This document shows positions 1-24,490 of a DNA stretch of 64,000 bases, one piece after another (the first letter of the stretch is position 1; every line of letters starts with the position of its first letter). Origin of the DNA: Lingula anatina (taxonomy: Eukaryota > Animalia > Brachiopoda); the NCBI GenBank assembly GCA_051362555.1, contig CM120641.1:23070401-23134400 (forward strand). The letters run 5' to 3'. The notes under the pieces were generated by a model that did not search any database, had not been told where the DNA came from, and was given only the letters and a program-made list of their open reading frames with translations. The position numbers were made by a program, and so were the translations under genes.

Positions 1-10
1 TTACTTACTC

Positions 11-53
11 TCACCCTCTCTCTCTCTCTCACTCTCTCTCACTCACTCACTCA

Positions 54-108
<55 letters not shown>

Positions 109-123
109 ACACACACACACACA
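11..123. repeat. (CT)n/(CA)n compound microsatellite
   Basis: Direct reading: CT/CTCA run followed by a long CA dinucleotide run. Confidence 0.95.
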
Positions 124-282
124 GTGACACATGCACTAAATTAAATAGTAAGAGCTATAGGACTTTCATTTTTAAGTGAAGACTTCCAAGTTCCAAGAAA
201 AAAATTGGTGATATTGAACGCTCCGATTTTTCAGTAAAATACATCTGCCAGTATACATGATATGACAGTGGATATCACTTAC

Positions 283-688
283 CTTAGACAATACAAAACC
301 AAATTTACATCATTAAATTCACTTTAGCTACCTAATCTACAACACGTCGATTTTAGCCTAGCCACAGCCTGCAAATATCCACTTCCAACTTCCGGGAAAT
401 AGTCCTTGTGATAAGTGCTAAATAAAAGCAAAATAATACACTAATTACCACCTAGGCTGCCTTTATAAGTTTTTCTTATGCTTACAGTATATTTTGCTGT
501 TATAAACTCAAACTGAACGCATTTAACCTGGGACATTAATGATATTTTATTCCGCACTGCAGCTCTTTTGCATTTGAAGACCACAATTTGCCAAGACGGC
601 GGAAATTTTGTGACAACTTATTTTCGTATTGAGAAATGAATGCTTTTTCTGCTAGCTTAAAAGAACATATCCGAGATCTATACTTCAG
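283..688. promoter_or_regulatory. Putative bidirectional CpG-rich promoter with ETS/GABP-type motif (ACTTCCGG at 388-395)
   Basis: CpG-rich relative to the window. It lies just upstream of the HAUS2 ATG. A strong minus-strand donor (AAG|GTAAGTG, exon ending at 283) suggests a divergent first exon. Confidence 0.5.
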
Positions 689-2774
689 ATGATTATGGAG
701 GACGTTCCTGACAGTCAATTCAACCCGTGGGTCGATGATGATAAGGCGCTAGGTACAATAAGCAGCGTTTTGAAAATTGCCGAGAGAACTGGACACATCA
801 AAGGCTTGAAAGTAAGGGGGCGAAAGTAAGGCGACTCATTGCCCCAATTTTCGGCCTTACGTGCTACGTAAATGAGATCTCATAACAACCGTGTGTTAGA
901 AACTCTGGAGACCATAAATACCCACAGTCTTGTGAATTACCTTGTTGTATATCATTGTAATTTAAGTAATTTTGTATCGGTTCACGCGCCAGTTTGATAA
1001 CGTTTAAAGGTGCTCTCCACCGGATTTTCATGCCAAAATTAATTTTACGGGATATTTCCACATTTTGGAAATCCTCCACAGTCATATTTATGTCCTTGAA
1101 AGCTTCTTTTATTTCCCAATTCAGGCTCTAAAGACAATAATAACCTTTTACGTATAAGTTAATCCTTGGAAGTAAATCGACTTCCATGATTTATCTGAAG
1201 CATGCTGTACTGCCATTATTATAACTTCTCAGTCTCTTAGGGTAGCCATGCATTACCAGTATGCATTGTCTGTATTATACATGGCACATTTATAGTTATA
1301 GTTATTCTACCCTATGCACAGGTGTCAGTAAGTAAGTAAGTAAGGCTTACCAAGTGACATTTAATATCATTTGTTTTTATTGCAGGATGCTTGCATCCCT
1401 GATGATGATGTATCCAGGAGGAGACTCTACTCAGAAGTTTCTTCTCTTAAATTTATCACCTTGCTGAGAGAAATTTCCAAAACCCAGAAACAGCTGGATA
1501 AGGTAAACTTGAAGTAAAAATTTCTCTATTTGTGCAATTTGGAAATATGCATTCACTTCTTTCAAAGCTTCATGCAGACACAAGCTATTTATTTATTTTT
1601 ATAAATTGCTTCTTTTCGTTCTAGGCTAATCTAGAAATTCAATGTCGGTTTCAAGATAAAGAAACTAGAGATGTTACACACATGGACACACTTGGTAGGT
1701 ACACAAATTATACAGAGTTCTTGTATCAAAGGTAATTGTGATATTTCTGTATAACATGAACTTTCTTGGACTATAATAATAATTGTGACTGAAGCACTTA
1801 TGACTGTTATTATTTTAGAGTTTAAAAGTATAATTGTTTTCATAGTCTAGTTGACATGTCTCGGTATTGTAGAGAAGAGATCTGCAGACATCACCAAGCT
1901 GTGCACTCATCTCCAGTCCATTGTCAACAATAAAAGTCATTTAATAGGAAGACTACAGCAGCCATTTGTTGGGGATTACCTTAAAATTGAAGCAACTTAT
2001 CACAGGTTAGTTCTTATTAGAACTGACAGTACTCATGGTTTTAGTCCCAACCTGTCTCTTCTGTCTCCTGCTGCTGCAAGTCATGTCAGCGTTTACAATA
2101 CTCGTTTCCCTCCTAAAGACTACAAGGACCTAATCTCTTGGAATTGGGTTATGTATAATCTGAACTGGAACCCCCTGGAAGAGATACACCTGTAGTTGCT
2201 CTTTAACTTGAAAAGGAAATCATATATCTTCACTTTTTGATCTGTACCTTTTTTTACCAAATTTTACAATTCGTACTGTGTATTTTGTTGTCCATGCTAT
2301 GTCATTTCATATTGATATTTTAGGTATGTTAGCCAGGTGTTTCCTATGCTGGCTCCCATACTGGCAGAGTTGACCAATCAACTGGACAACATAGAATGGG
2401 CAAAGAAAGTAGACATTGGAGATGGACAGCTGGTCAGTAACTGTTTTGTTCTTATTTCTTCTGTTGGACCATATTTCGATTATGTTGATCAGATTTTGCT
2501 ATACCGTAACCAGTGATAATTAATGTAACCATTTTCTTATACTAGTGAACACTATTTAAAGATTAAAGAAAATTAAAGGCATTCTTAGTTGAAAATTATT
2601 GTGATATTGTGTATCCAAATGTAATCCCATACTGTTTGGTTTTATTTTTAGGAGACTGTCCTTACAGATATATCCTCTGCCTTGGCATCCTTACAGACAA
2701 GTTTCCAGTCAGTTTGTCAACTAAGAGACTCTATCAGCCACCTACACTCACAAAGCATGGCAGATGACTCTTGA
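689..2774 (+). CDS. HAUS2: HAUS augmin-like complex subunit 2 (CEP27), 6 coding exons, ~224 aa
   Basis: Exons 689-811, 1386-1502, 1625-1694, 1873-2005, 2324-2432, 2652-2774, all GT-AG and phase-consistent (start may be ATG 689 or 695). The peptide has N-terminal NPW, ANLEIQCRFQDKETRDVTH and HLQSIVNNKSHLIGRLQQPFVGDYLKIEATYHRYV. These match recalled HAUS2 motifs (NPW, [40 protein letters not shown]). Confidence 0.9.
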
Positions 2775-3141
2775 CCAGTTATAAGTTTAGTTTTCAGTCT
2801 TTCAGCTACTACAAATTTCTCTGTTGAGTCACCCAACCGAGAACGCTGAAACTGTTCTAAAAATTCATTTAAGAAATATTTTTCCAGTACTGTTGGGTGG
2901 TTGTTGTGAAAACTAATATGAACTGGAACTACCAAGGGGAGCACCTCTGCATACTGAGAGCAGAATTTATTTCTTCAGACTGTTATGCTGACAAGCACTG
3001 AAACATGCTCTGTAAATAAGTTTATAAAATGTATATTTTGTCCATAAAAGGGTTGATCTTGAATCAATAATAATTTGAAGTGGTACCATAATATTTTCTG
3101 ATCCTGTGTGTTTGTTTTCAAGTTGTCTTCAGTAATATATA

Positions 3142-3361
3142 TACTGACAGTCAATGAAAACGCATTTGTTTATCAAATATTTGAAGTTCCTTTGGAACAT
3201 TAAGAAAATAAGTTTTTGTGTGAAATATGACCCATTATTCAGTCAAACAAGGTGACTCTTATGACCAAACAAGTGCTTTTTTACTTGTTTTTATGGTTGG
3301 AATTGATTCTCGGTAAAAAAGTACAAGAGGTTTTCTGATGCATTTTCATTGACTGTCAGTA
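3142..3361. mobile_element. MITE with ~24-bp terminal inverted repeats, TA-bounded (Tc1/mariner-like)
   Basis: Left TACTGACAGTCAATGAAAACGCAT (3142-3165) and right ATGCATTTTCATTGACTGTCAGTA (3338-3361) are reverse complements with 1 mismatch. Confidence 0.8.
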
Positions 3362-4003
3362 TATGTTACTGTGGTAGCAGAAACCTGTGAGGCCAACATG
3401 GATCATTTTTCTCCATGATTGAGGGAGATCAAATTGCCATTACCTGATATTGGGAGCGCCTGGATTTCAAGAGACACTCCCGACAACATAATGATGTAAT
3501 TAGAGACAATTAACTGTTGGTGCACAAGCAGCACACGGGCTTGCAGCACAGAATCTGCGTAAGATCATAGTGATAAAGGAAACTTGTATAAAAGCCACTT
3601 TTTGTATTGATTTGGGGGGGGGGTCAGTTGCCTTATAAATTAGCGTTACGTTGATTTATCCTTGTGGTTGACTTGGTTTCTGTCGCACCCACTTACGTGA
3701 AGTTTTAGACCAAAGAATCTTGGATCGATCGTGAGAGTAAAAGGTTACTTACGTAAGTGAGCTAAGTGAACGATAGTGATTGAAAACTTCCTTCGGTTTA
3801 TTACATTCAGTACAAATAGCAGGCTATAAATCCAAACTTAACATTTTTCCTCTCAGCTAAGATAATTGGTGTGGACAAGAAATATATTAAAAAATTTTTT
3901 TGTGTAATATGTTAATGTTTTTTTCAGTTGATTGTTTTATCAGCTGTGACCAGGACTCAATCATGCTTTCTTTACAATGCGAGTTAAGGAGCATTTACTA
4001 CAT

Positions 4004-4251
4004 CAGGGAGCAGTTTTATCAACACTGGATAGCACTATCCCACGGATAACACTGGATAATTGTTTTCCTCTAGACAGTTATGTGGATAGTGCTAGCCCAT
4101 CATGATCAGCTATCTTCAACTAACGGATAGTAATATCAGATAAGAAAAATAAATATGTAGAGTTTTAAAAAAACATTATTTTGCCCACAGAATAACTGAT
4201 CAGAGGATAACAATTCCATCCACTGGATAGTGTTGAAGAAAGTGGGGCATG
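4004..4251. mobile_element. Degenerate MITE-like element with internal GGATA/TATCC motif repeats
   Basis: Imperfect terminal inverted repeats (CAGGGAGCAGTTTTATCAACA / TGTTGAAGAAAGTGGGGCATG) and repeated ACACTGGATA, GGATAGCACTATCC motifs. Confidence 0.45.
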
Positions 4252-6677
4252 GCAGGTTTGCAGGAATATGTGACTTAATAATTCCATCAGTAAACTTGGT
4301 AGGTATGACATGTTGGTTTATACACAGTGCACATTTGAACAAATAACTTGCTTCATTTCTAGGAAGAACATTTTATTTGACTGGCAATGTTAGATGAAAA
4401 GTCATATTTCACTCAGGTATGAAAGAAACACCAACAGCGAGTAAAATGAAGTAATAACCAATTTGGCGAACTTAAGAAATGGATGCCTTTGGCACATGCA
4501 AGAACCATTCTGTTACAACTTGTGTCTTTTCTTGAAATTTCTTCCAAGCTGGTTGCTGAGCTGTCTAAAACAAAATTTCTGATGGCAAGTTTCAGATTTT
4601 ACTTACTAAATGTTTGTTGCGCTTTACATACTTTAGAAATTGTGCCCTTGGAATATAAAGACAAGCATTTCTTAACAGTTACAATTATAGCAATATTTTA
4701 GCTGACAATTTGCAGTTGCATATATTATAGATGAATTAAATGATGATGTATGAGCGATCTACCTTACATATGAGTATGTTAATGAAGCAAGCATGGCACA
4801 ACAAGATATGCTTTGGGTACATAAATGTATGAAATATCTTTTACTGGCATCACAATTCAAGTAGTTCCTTTTAATAGTACTACATGTACATATTACTCGT
4901 TACTTCTTACTACCCACATCTAAAATAATAAAACTGAGGATGGAAGCTTTTTAAACACACACTATATTCAAAAAATTATTTTTTTGTTTGCAGGGAGTCC
5001 TTGAAAAAATGTTGCCCAACATTATGTGACTCCTGTGATTATTTGTGTCACAAAAAAGAATCTGAACTATTCTTGTATACTATATTCTTTAAAGAGGCAA
5101 CTTCACACCAAGGTGGCGAGTAATGCATGTCCCTGTCCAAGTTATGTAATGCAAGTCCAGCATGGCCTATGACTTACTCCAGATGCCCAGGTGAGTGATT
5201 ACATCCAACCCCACAGTTATCCCCACCATTTAAGGGGTGGGTAGGGGCAGGGTAGTTACTTAATAGCAGACGATATATTAGGTGAGTTTCGAATTCTACA
5301 GGGGCCTAACTTAAATTTTGTATACTGTTTTAGAGGCCCCTGATATAGTAGAAGGTAGTAATGATCTGACATGACACTAGCCAAGTTTTATCTAAATAAC
5401 TATAATTATCATCAGAAACTTGTTAGTTTTTCCGAAAATATAACTGATAAATCCACTATGCAGCAAGTATATATGTGAAGGCTTTGAAATTGTATTTCCA
5501 CACGGTGTAACTAAATCCTTTAGTAAACATAACTGCCTTTGCCAGGGACAATATTTTACAATATGTCATTCTTTCAACAATGTAATGAAGATGACAACTG
5601 CCATTTAATAGGTTTCCCTGGTATGTATTTTCAGGATACATTTAAGGGCATTTCATAATAACTATGAGCCTCTGTGGGAATCCTACTCTTACATGTACTC
5701 CTTCAAAAGTTCATATCCATTATCCTTTGCAAACTCCCAGCACCGGATTTTTTTTTCTTTTTCCTTTGAATGTCTGAATAACCTCTAGAGAAAGAAGCAG
5801 ACTTGTTGCCAACCTATAACATCAGTGCTTAACATTCTCGCTGTACCTTGACACACTGAAAATAATTCAAGCCTGTGCACCAGCATTTTGTACTGTTACA
5901 ATATATAACTCCAAGTGCAGAGTATTGGGGAATGATCAGACGTGGACCAGAATCCTATACAGCTAGTGGAGTGCAAATCCTCAATCATTTTTTTTTACAG
6001 AAACTGGTGAAAAGCACCACACAGGTTGTGTAACCATAAGAGGGTTGTGTAACCATACATGGATAGCATAACTTGTTAAACCCTTCTTGTTCACCTTTAG
6101 TTTAATTGCATCAGGTATGGTAAAAGTTATAAGGAAGCTTGTCATCATCCACATTCCTACAAATAAGTAAGTTTGTGTATAGGAGAAAACATTAAGGACT
6201 CTGGTTCTTTTTGTCCTTGCACGAAGATTCCCACCCTTGTTCTTTGTCAGTGAATAATATATCTTGCAAGCCCCGTAGCCCTGCCACCAATAACAATTGA
6301 CACAAGCAAAGTCTTCATTTCACTATATCTTTTGTGTGATAAATTGATAATGTTTTTTTTTTATTATATTATCATCACGTCCAGATTATCATGATAATTA
6401 CTTTTTGTAAGTTCATTTGTATTTTTCATCCAAATTCTTCTCTTTCACCAACCCATACATCCATTTTGAGGGATTTGGTCTCATTTAGTCTTCATCCTGG
6501 GTTTTTCTGTACCTTAAAACACATATGGAGGCTCCAGCCTAGAATTTTTAGTTGTACTGCAGCCTAGAAAATATATGCTTGGCATATCGGCTGCACTGAA
6601 GTTGCATCAACATGACTGTTCCCCTTTTTGTGGGGTTCTTAAAGAGGTGGACACCAATAATTAACATTCTTATTTCT

Positions 6678-17840
<11,163 letters not shown>

Positions 17841-20800
17841 GGCTGCTGTGGATTCTTCCGTCTTCTCCTCTTGTAATTATAGGTTCTCTGCAGCTGAGCC
17901 TTAACAGTAAATTATCCTTTTTACTTTAAGTTTTACCATGTACATTTGTGTGCAATTTCATGCAAATCCTCCTGATAAATAGGAAAAGTCTCTCTGAAGG
18001 CAGATGACACCACACACAGTTTTTAAAAAACCTATAAATGTTTCTCTCCCTTGATGTATGTTTGTCCAATTTTTTCAAGGAATTACAAAATTATGGTATT
18101 TATAACCTCATGAATATGCCGTAAGACTTTTCTTCCTGCAAAAATTATCTATAATGTAAATCATATTTTGTGGTTGTATCCCAGTTTATCCACTATTGCA
18201 ACAGCAAAATACCCCAGTCCACAATATCATCATGTCTTGGACCATTAAAGACTACAGATATCATGCATATAATTCACCAAATATTAGAATGGAATCAAAA
18301 GAGTCAGTTGAGTGTCTTCACTGTTCCAATCCTGTTTCCTGTTTCAATGATTAAAATAAAAAAAATCTTACTATATATATTTCACACTAAACATTAAATA
18401 ATGTTGTCTATTCAATCCTCTTCAATAACCATCAGAAATCCAACTGTATATTTCCTTTTGTAGCTCTATTTAATGAGGAGTAAAATCCAGTTCCTTATTT
18501 TGTTTCAAGTTCTGCTTTTACTAGTGAGGGTATAATCCATTTGTTCTTTTTCCACTTGTCTGCTAGAATCCATACCAGGTATTAGTATCCTCAATGCGAG
18601 TTGAAATCTTTACATGTTCCCTTCTCTGTAATACTAGTGCATGTGGGTTTGGGAGGCTAGGTGTGGTGACGCAATGCACACCTAGAATAGAAAGCGATTA
18701 GAAATAAACAAGCAGCTCTGCACCACCTACAGAGTGATGTGTCCATCAGACATGATAAGACTTTCCCACAGAGTATAGGTGATAGCTTTACCTGATCACT
18801 TTAATCTGGCAAACTCGGTGAAATCTATCTACCGTGTCTGGTAATTAGGATGCACCATTTGTTCAAATTTAGTCACAGATATTAGATTACTTCAGACAGA
18901 CCGTCACAATTTAATAAAATGACTTCCCTGTGTTTCCAAAACAGATTACTGAATCAATTGTGCTGCTTCTAAAGTGCATAAGATTATCACATTTAGCAAA
19001 TGCCAATTATAACTAACCATACCCATCTATATAGATGTGTATCATACCATGGCCCACTGCTGTGGTTATTTATTATTATTATTATTTTTTTTTTTTCAGT
19101 TATATTACCACCTACATGACAAATGAGGTGGAAATTAAAAGATTTTGGCAAGTTATTTCTCATGTTTTTATGAGTTATTTCAACATTCATGACATATTGC
19201 ACTGTCAGTTGTCTTTCTCAAAAAATATGTAACTGTCTGTCATATATAATTGCCATTTGCAATGGAAATGTTTTGCAATATCCGATACTATAAGTTTTTT
19301 TCAATATTCTAAACATAACTTTAACACTTTTTAATTCCAAGATGAGTTAAGCCCTTCACATAACTTTACTCCTAATGTTCAAATGTTCTGCATTGCCCAA
19401 TATATGTCAATATAAATAACACTGCCTCTAACAAAAAATCAATTTCCCATGCCAATTAATTGACCTCTGAATGACACCTGACCTTGACTATAAAGTTTAA
19501 ATGTGAGTTGTTCCAAGCCCTGATCATCAACAGCTTTCTCTGTTTAGCAGTCTGCCACCAGCCATGACATATGTAATGACTTACTGCAGGTGAAGATATA
19601 TATTGAATCTTCATATAATAAGTGACATCTGTCACAACTTGACTTTTTCTGGGAATCATTTAGGTATCAGGATCTCTTTGCTGCTGTGATAATTCAGTAC
19701 ATATAGGTAGCTTCAAAAAATGATAATCTCAGCCGCACAACTTGCTATAGGTATTTTCTAACAGTTGAATGCACAAGTGGTTTTACAATTAACATGCTTT
19801 TTGATTATATTAAATCACCAGGGCATGTCAAATATACTTTATATTACATATGACTCAAAGTACAAAATGAAAAGGCACCTTGAAATAAGATTTGTTATAA
19901 AATTTGAAATAAGATTTGCAATTCTTCTCTATTCTATAGCCAACTGTGCTATATGTTTTTATTTTTCAGTTTTAGTTTTGGCAATTAAACCTGGGACCCA
20001 AGATTTAATCTATTTAATTGTGGAGTGTGACTCATATGGAGCCGGGGAGATCATAAAAGGATTAGGCAGACTTGCTTTCAAGTGGGTCTGCCATATTTGA
20101 TCTGTGGATCTGTTAGTCCACAGATCAACCTGTTCTGATTGCACTATAACACATAATATTTCATAAGTCTTCAAGAAAAAAATGTTTCTTTAAAGGAACT
20201 GCATGGTCGTCTTAAACATAATTAATAATGATAAATGCTTAATAGTAACTTTAAATTTTTACACATTGCAATCAATGGTACAACCATGCAGTAGTCCTAT
20301 TTAGTATTTTTGGGTTTTACATGGTATTAGGGGGATGTCAGTGGTTGAACATGTAAATATTATGATTATATAATTAAACAAAACAAAAAAGGACACTACA
20401 GAAATATCTCTGGTGTTGTTTTGTGATTCAATCTCCTTATACAAACACTCTTAGTAGATTTTGCTGGAATAAAGTTATAAAAGTTTTAGTTAACATTCAT
20501 TAAAAATCAATAATGAATCTTTTATTTATCTTTTATAATTAACAAAAAAATCTAAAATCTTAGGCACTTACTACAAGTATGACAACTAAAGAATGTGGGT
20601 GGTAAGTTCTTGCTTCAAGCATTTTTTTAAAAAACAGTCTGCAATCGTTTTTGGTTTTACTGTTTATCTTTCATACCATTCACAGCTTGCTACATTAAAA
20701 GGGTGAAGTGACATTTCGAAGATTTCAGGTGGTAAAAATTTAACTACTGTTCACAAACCCATCCTCCTTAACTGAGACGTGTGACATTATGAAGGAAGTT

Positions 20801-22984
20801 AGCTGATGTTGTGAATTCTCATTAGGATTTATTTCTTCCAAACTATCTGTTATCTGATGCTACAAAAAATCACTATGGTTAACTTTTACACAGTCTGTTG
20901 TCTCGTAAATCCTCACAATTGGCTTCGTTGCCATGGACGGGAAGCAGAAGAAGAGCCAGAAAAAACAGTGTGGCATAATCTATAGTGTGAACACCACTTC
21001 AACTATACAGATAAGAGACTGGCTGGTATCACTGATTACATGTAGTGCTTATTAGTACAACATTCTTCAATTATGCTTGAATTCCAGAGCAGTGATTTCT
21101 GACACCTCTTGCTTTTTTAATCAATTACTGGGAACCCTCACGTCACAATTTAACTACCTGAACTACCATGCACATGTATGGTAATGAAGAGGGAAGAGTT
21201 TTTCAACATACTTCACCTTCATTCATCTCCCGGAGAGACTAGAACTCAATTTACAAATTACTGTCAAAATTACGTATATTCACTATTATTTTTACATAGT
21301 TTTTTCATGAAATTTAAACTTTTTTTTTTTTTTTTTTGAGGGGGGGGGTTGGGGGAGGGGGGAATCTGTAAGTATTAGTAGAATAATTGAAAGGAAAATA
21401 CATGGTGCCAGGAATAACAATGCACACTGATATATATATATATATATATGTATATATATCTAAAATATCATATACCTGTGTCTAGGGGGAGAGGGGCCTA
21501 ACCTTGAATAATTCTGAGAGCACCAAAAAAACAGTTTCATGCACCCAAAGGTAGGAGGCCTCAAACATCCTGTTTTCAGTCCTCTCAATTAAATCTTTAT
21601 CTCTGTGCCCTGCAGACAGAGAGCTCATAGTTAACCAGCCACGCATTTCACCTGACTGTAATGAACATTAAGGCTTACCTCTCTCAGGCCAATAGTAACT
21701 TTAAATTGAAAGAAAAAAAAAGAGAGAATGAGAAGAGAGACAGAAACAGAGAGAAAAAAAGTTGATGTGAACTTTTAATGCCATTTGATTTATCCTTAAT
21801 TGAAATTACCAAATTATTTGGTCTTACAATTTAGAACAACATACTATTGTGAGTTAGGCCCAATGTCCTGAAATTAATACAGACCTTAATTTTATACACA
21901 TTAAACCAAGGTGCATATTTCAGTTTTTAAATGAGAATCTGGAACCACAGGTTTATGCTTGCAATCAACAAATTTAAGGGCTCAAACTGCAATTTCATGG
22001 TGCGAATGTAAAATTACTTGTCACAAGCATCACATTAGACATATGCATGTAGATCATAAACAGTTCGGTCAGCTCTCATCCGGGTCTCCGGCTGTTAAAC
22101 TTAAGTCTATTTATGGCCTACATCAAAAACTATAAAAACAGGTTTGTGACTTAAAAATGAAAATGTCATGTGACAAATTATTGATTCTATATTTCCTAAA
22201 TTGTTATGCTATTACTACTCACCCCCATTTTTGAAACTTTATTTGTAAATCAATTACTGGTAATTAATCTAGAATTTACCACTCTCAAGCAAGGTGGGAA
22301 AAAACACCTGTGACCAAAAGTGTGTAAGATCTATAAACTGATAGAATGTGATATCTACAATGTATTCCTGTTTTTATATGCACATGTACAACTAAAAACT
22401 ATAAAAACAAAAAACCAAGAACTGGACTTGTTTAAATCAATGCAGCTACTAAATACACTTAACACTAGATACTTTGTAACCCGTTCTGGGGCCGTAAACA
22501 ACTGATTTCTTGGAATCTGTAATGGATTGCCACTGTAATAATTTAATTATCCCCCAGCAGACAACTGGGAAAACCACAACAGAAACTATAAAACCTACAC
22601 ACAGGTCAGTGAAAAATAATATAAATGCACAGGCAAATATACAAAAAGAAATTAAAATAATCAGATTAATATGAATATAGTAATTGTATAATAATTAGAT
22701 TTCAAATGAATATTGACATACCTTTCTGTCTGTTAGCAACATTATGCAAGAAAGTTATGGAGGGTTTTTGACAACCATAAGTATTCAAGGGAAATGGGCT
22801 ATATTTGGTTGGTGATTAGTTTTAATTAGAATTAGTTAATTAAATAATTAGTTGATTATCTGTTACTTGATGATGATGAGAATTTAACTGAATCAATTTA
22901 TTGATAATTAATAACTAATAATGAGAACTGAGCTAATGGATTAATTGACTAATTAATCGATGACTGATGGTTTGTGAACTGAGT

Positions 22985-23027
22985 TGTCTTGGCAGAGGTC
23001 TGCACTCTCTCAGGTTTTTCTAGTTTA
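22985..23027 (+). mobile_element. 3' end of a Helentron/HINE-like element
   Basis: CTTGGCAGAGGTCTGCACTCTCTCAGG...TTCTAGTT terminus resembles the hairpin + CTAGTT ends of non-autonomous Helentron derivatives; the 5' boundary was not determined. Confidence 0.4.
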
Positions 23028-24275
23028 AATTTCTACTTTTTTATTCAGAGTTCATTTATTAATTTTTCTTTTCTTTATTTAATTTTATTAAGGTAAAAAA
23101 TTGAAAAAATGATTTAGAAATAATAAAAAAGATACTTGAATTGATTTTCATCCAAATGGATGAAGCTGCAGGAACAACTTTGAGAATCTGGTGATTTGTA
23201 TGACTGGATTTCAACAGTGCCTAGTAAGAATTCTTCTAAGGGATCTGACAGTCTAGTCAGTATAGCAGCAGGATATGTTTATAATCAGGTAGTATTTTAA
23301 TAAATGGTTACCACCTCCTGACAGACAACACAAGTAAAAGAATATGATACTCTGTACATTTTGGTCATACTTATGCTGCTACGATAAAAAAAAATAAATA
23401 AATAAAAAATGAGAAACCCATGGGAAATCTTTGTTCATGACAGGATATGAAAGCACACCAAAATAAATCATCAGCACCAGGTGATGTAAAAGGTCCCCAC
23501 ATATAATGTCTTAGCCTGTTTCAGTGCACTGGCTAAGTCAGATTTATGGAAGCTCAATTATAAGTCCAGAGGCTGATGGAGTTATGTCTATAACCTTTCA
23601 CAGTGTTTAGATTAAAATACAAATAGCTAGCTGTTGTCAGGGTTCTTCTATGGAACAGCTGAATAATCAGTTCATGGATCTTAGACTGCTGAGAGGAACT
23701 TATGCAAGTTAACATGTCAAAAAAGCATGTTAACCATCTCCATGACTTATTAACTCAATGTACGGTACTTGTTCAAACATTTCAAACAGTGCGATCAATT
23801 TGACCAAAGAAATTATTTTCTAAAATTAGCAGACTGGCCTCCATTTACTAATTCAACAGCCTGTAAATTGGGCGATGGGGGCTAAAAAATTTTGAAGGAG
23901 AAAGAGTTTGCTCTGGGTTAAAATTTGATCTACATACACAAATGTTTGGTAAAATGTCCCCTTTTCAAGACCCCCCTCTTCCCCCTTTGAAGTTCCTGGT
24001 TAAGGGCCTATTCATATAAAATGATTTCTCATTGATGGCTTGTCCTGTCTACCAAAATTATCAATAGTGGGTCAGATATGTTGTAAAACAGCTTGACATA
24101 AACCATACATGTATATCACATTTGATAGCAATTAAACATTTTGAAAAAATAAGGTGTTTATTTTCAAAGTCTAGTTTAAGCAAATTAAGCAGATGCATTG
24201 TTGTGATCTGATACAGCAAGATTTTACGTTAACCACAATCATTCCACAGCAAAACCAGGGCCGACCAAGACTTAC

Positions 24276-24490
24276 ACTGCATTCCCACAGATTTTAGATC
24301 GATCTATCCCCGTGGGGAGTCTCACTCTACATTACTGTCAGCTTAGCCGGCTTAAATGTCTGTCCTGCCTCCTAAAAGCTGTAAGGGGGTAATTAACTTC
24401 CGTGCATGCTGGGCTTACAGCAATTTAGCATGAACCCCCAGGGAGTTAGGTTGATCCAGATGGATCGATCTGAATCTGTAGGAATGCAGT
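24276..24490. mobile_element. MITE with ~32-bp terminal inverted repeats
   Basis: ACTGCATTCCCACAGATTTTAGATCGATCTATC vs GATGGATCGATCTGAATCTGTAGGAATGCAGT; internal palindrome AGCCGGCT. Confidence 0.75.
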
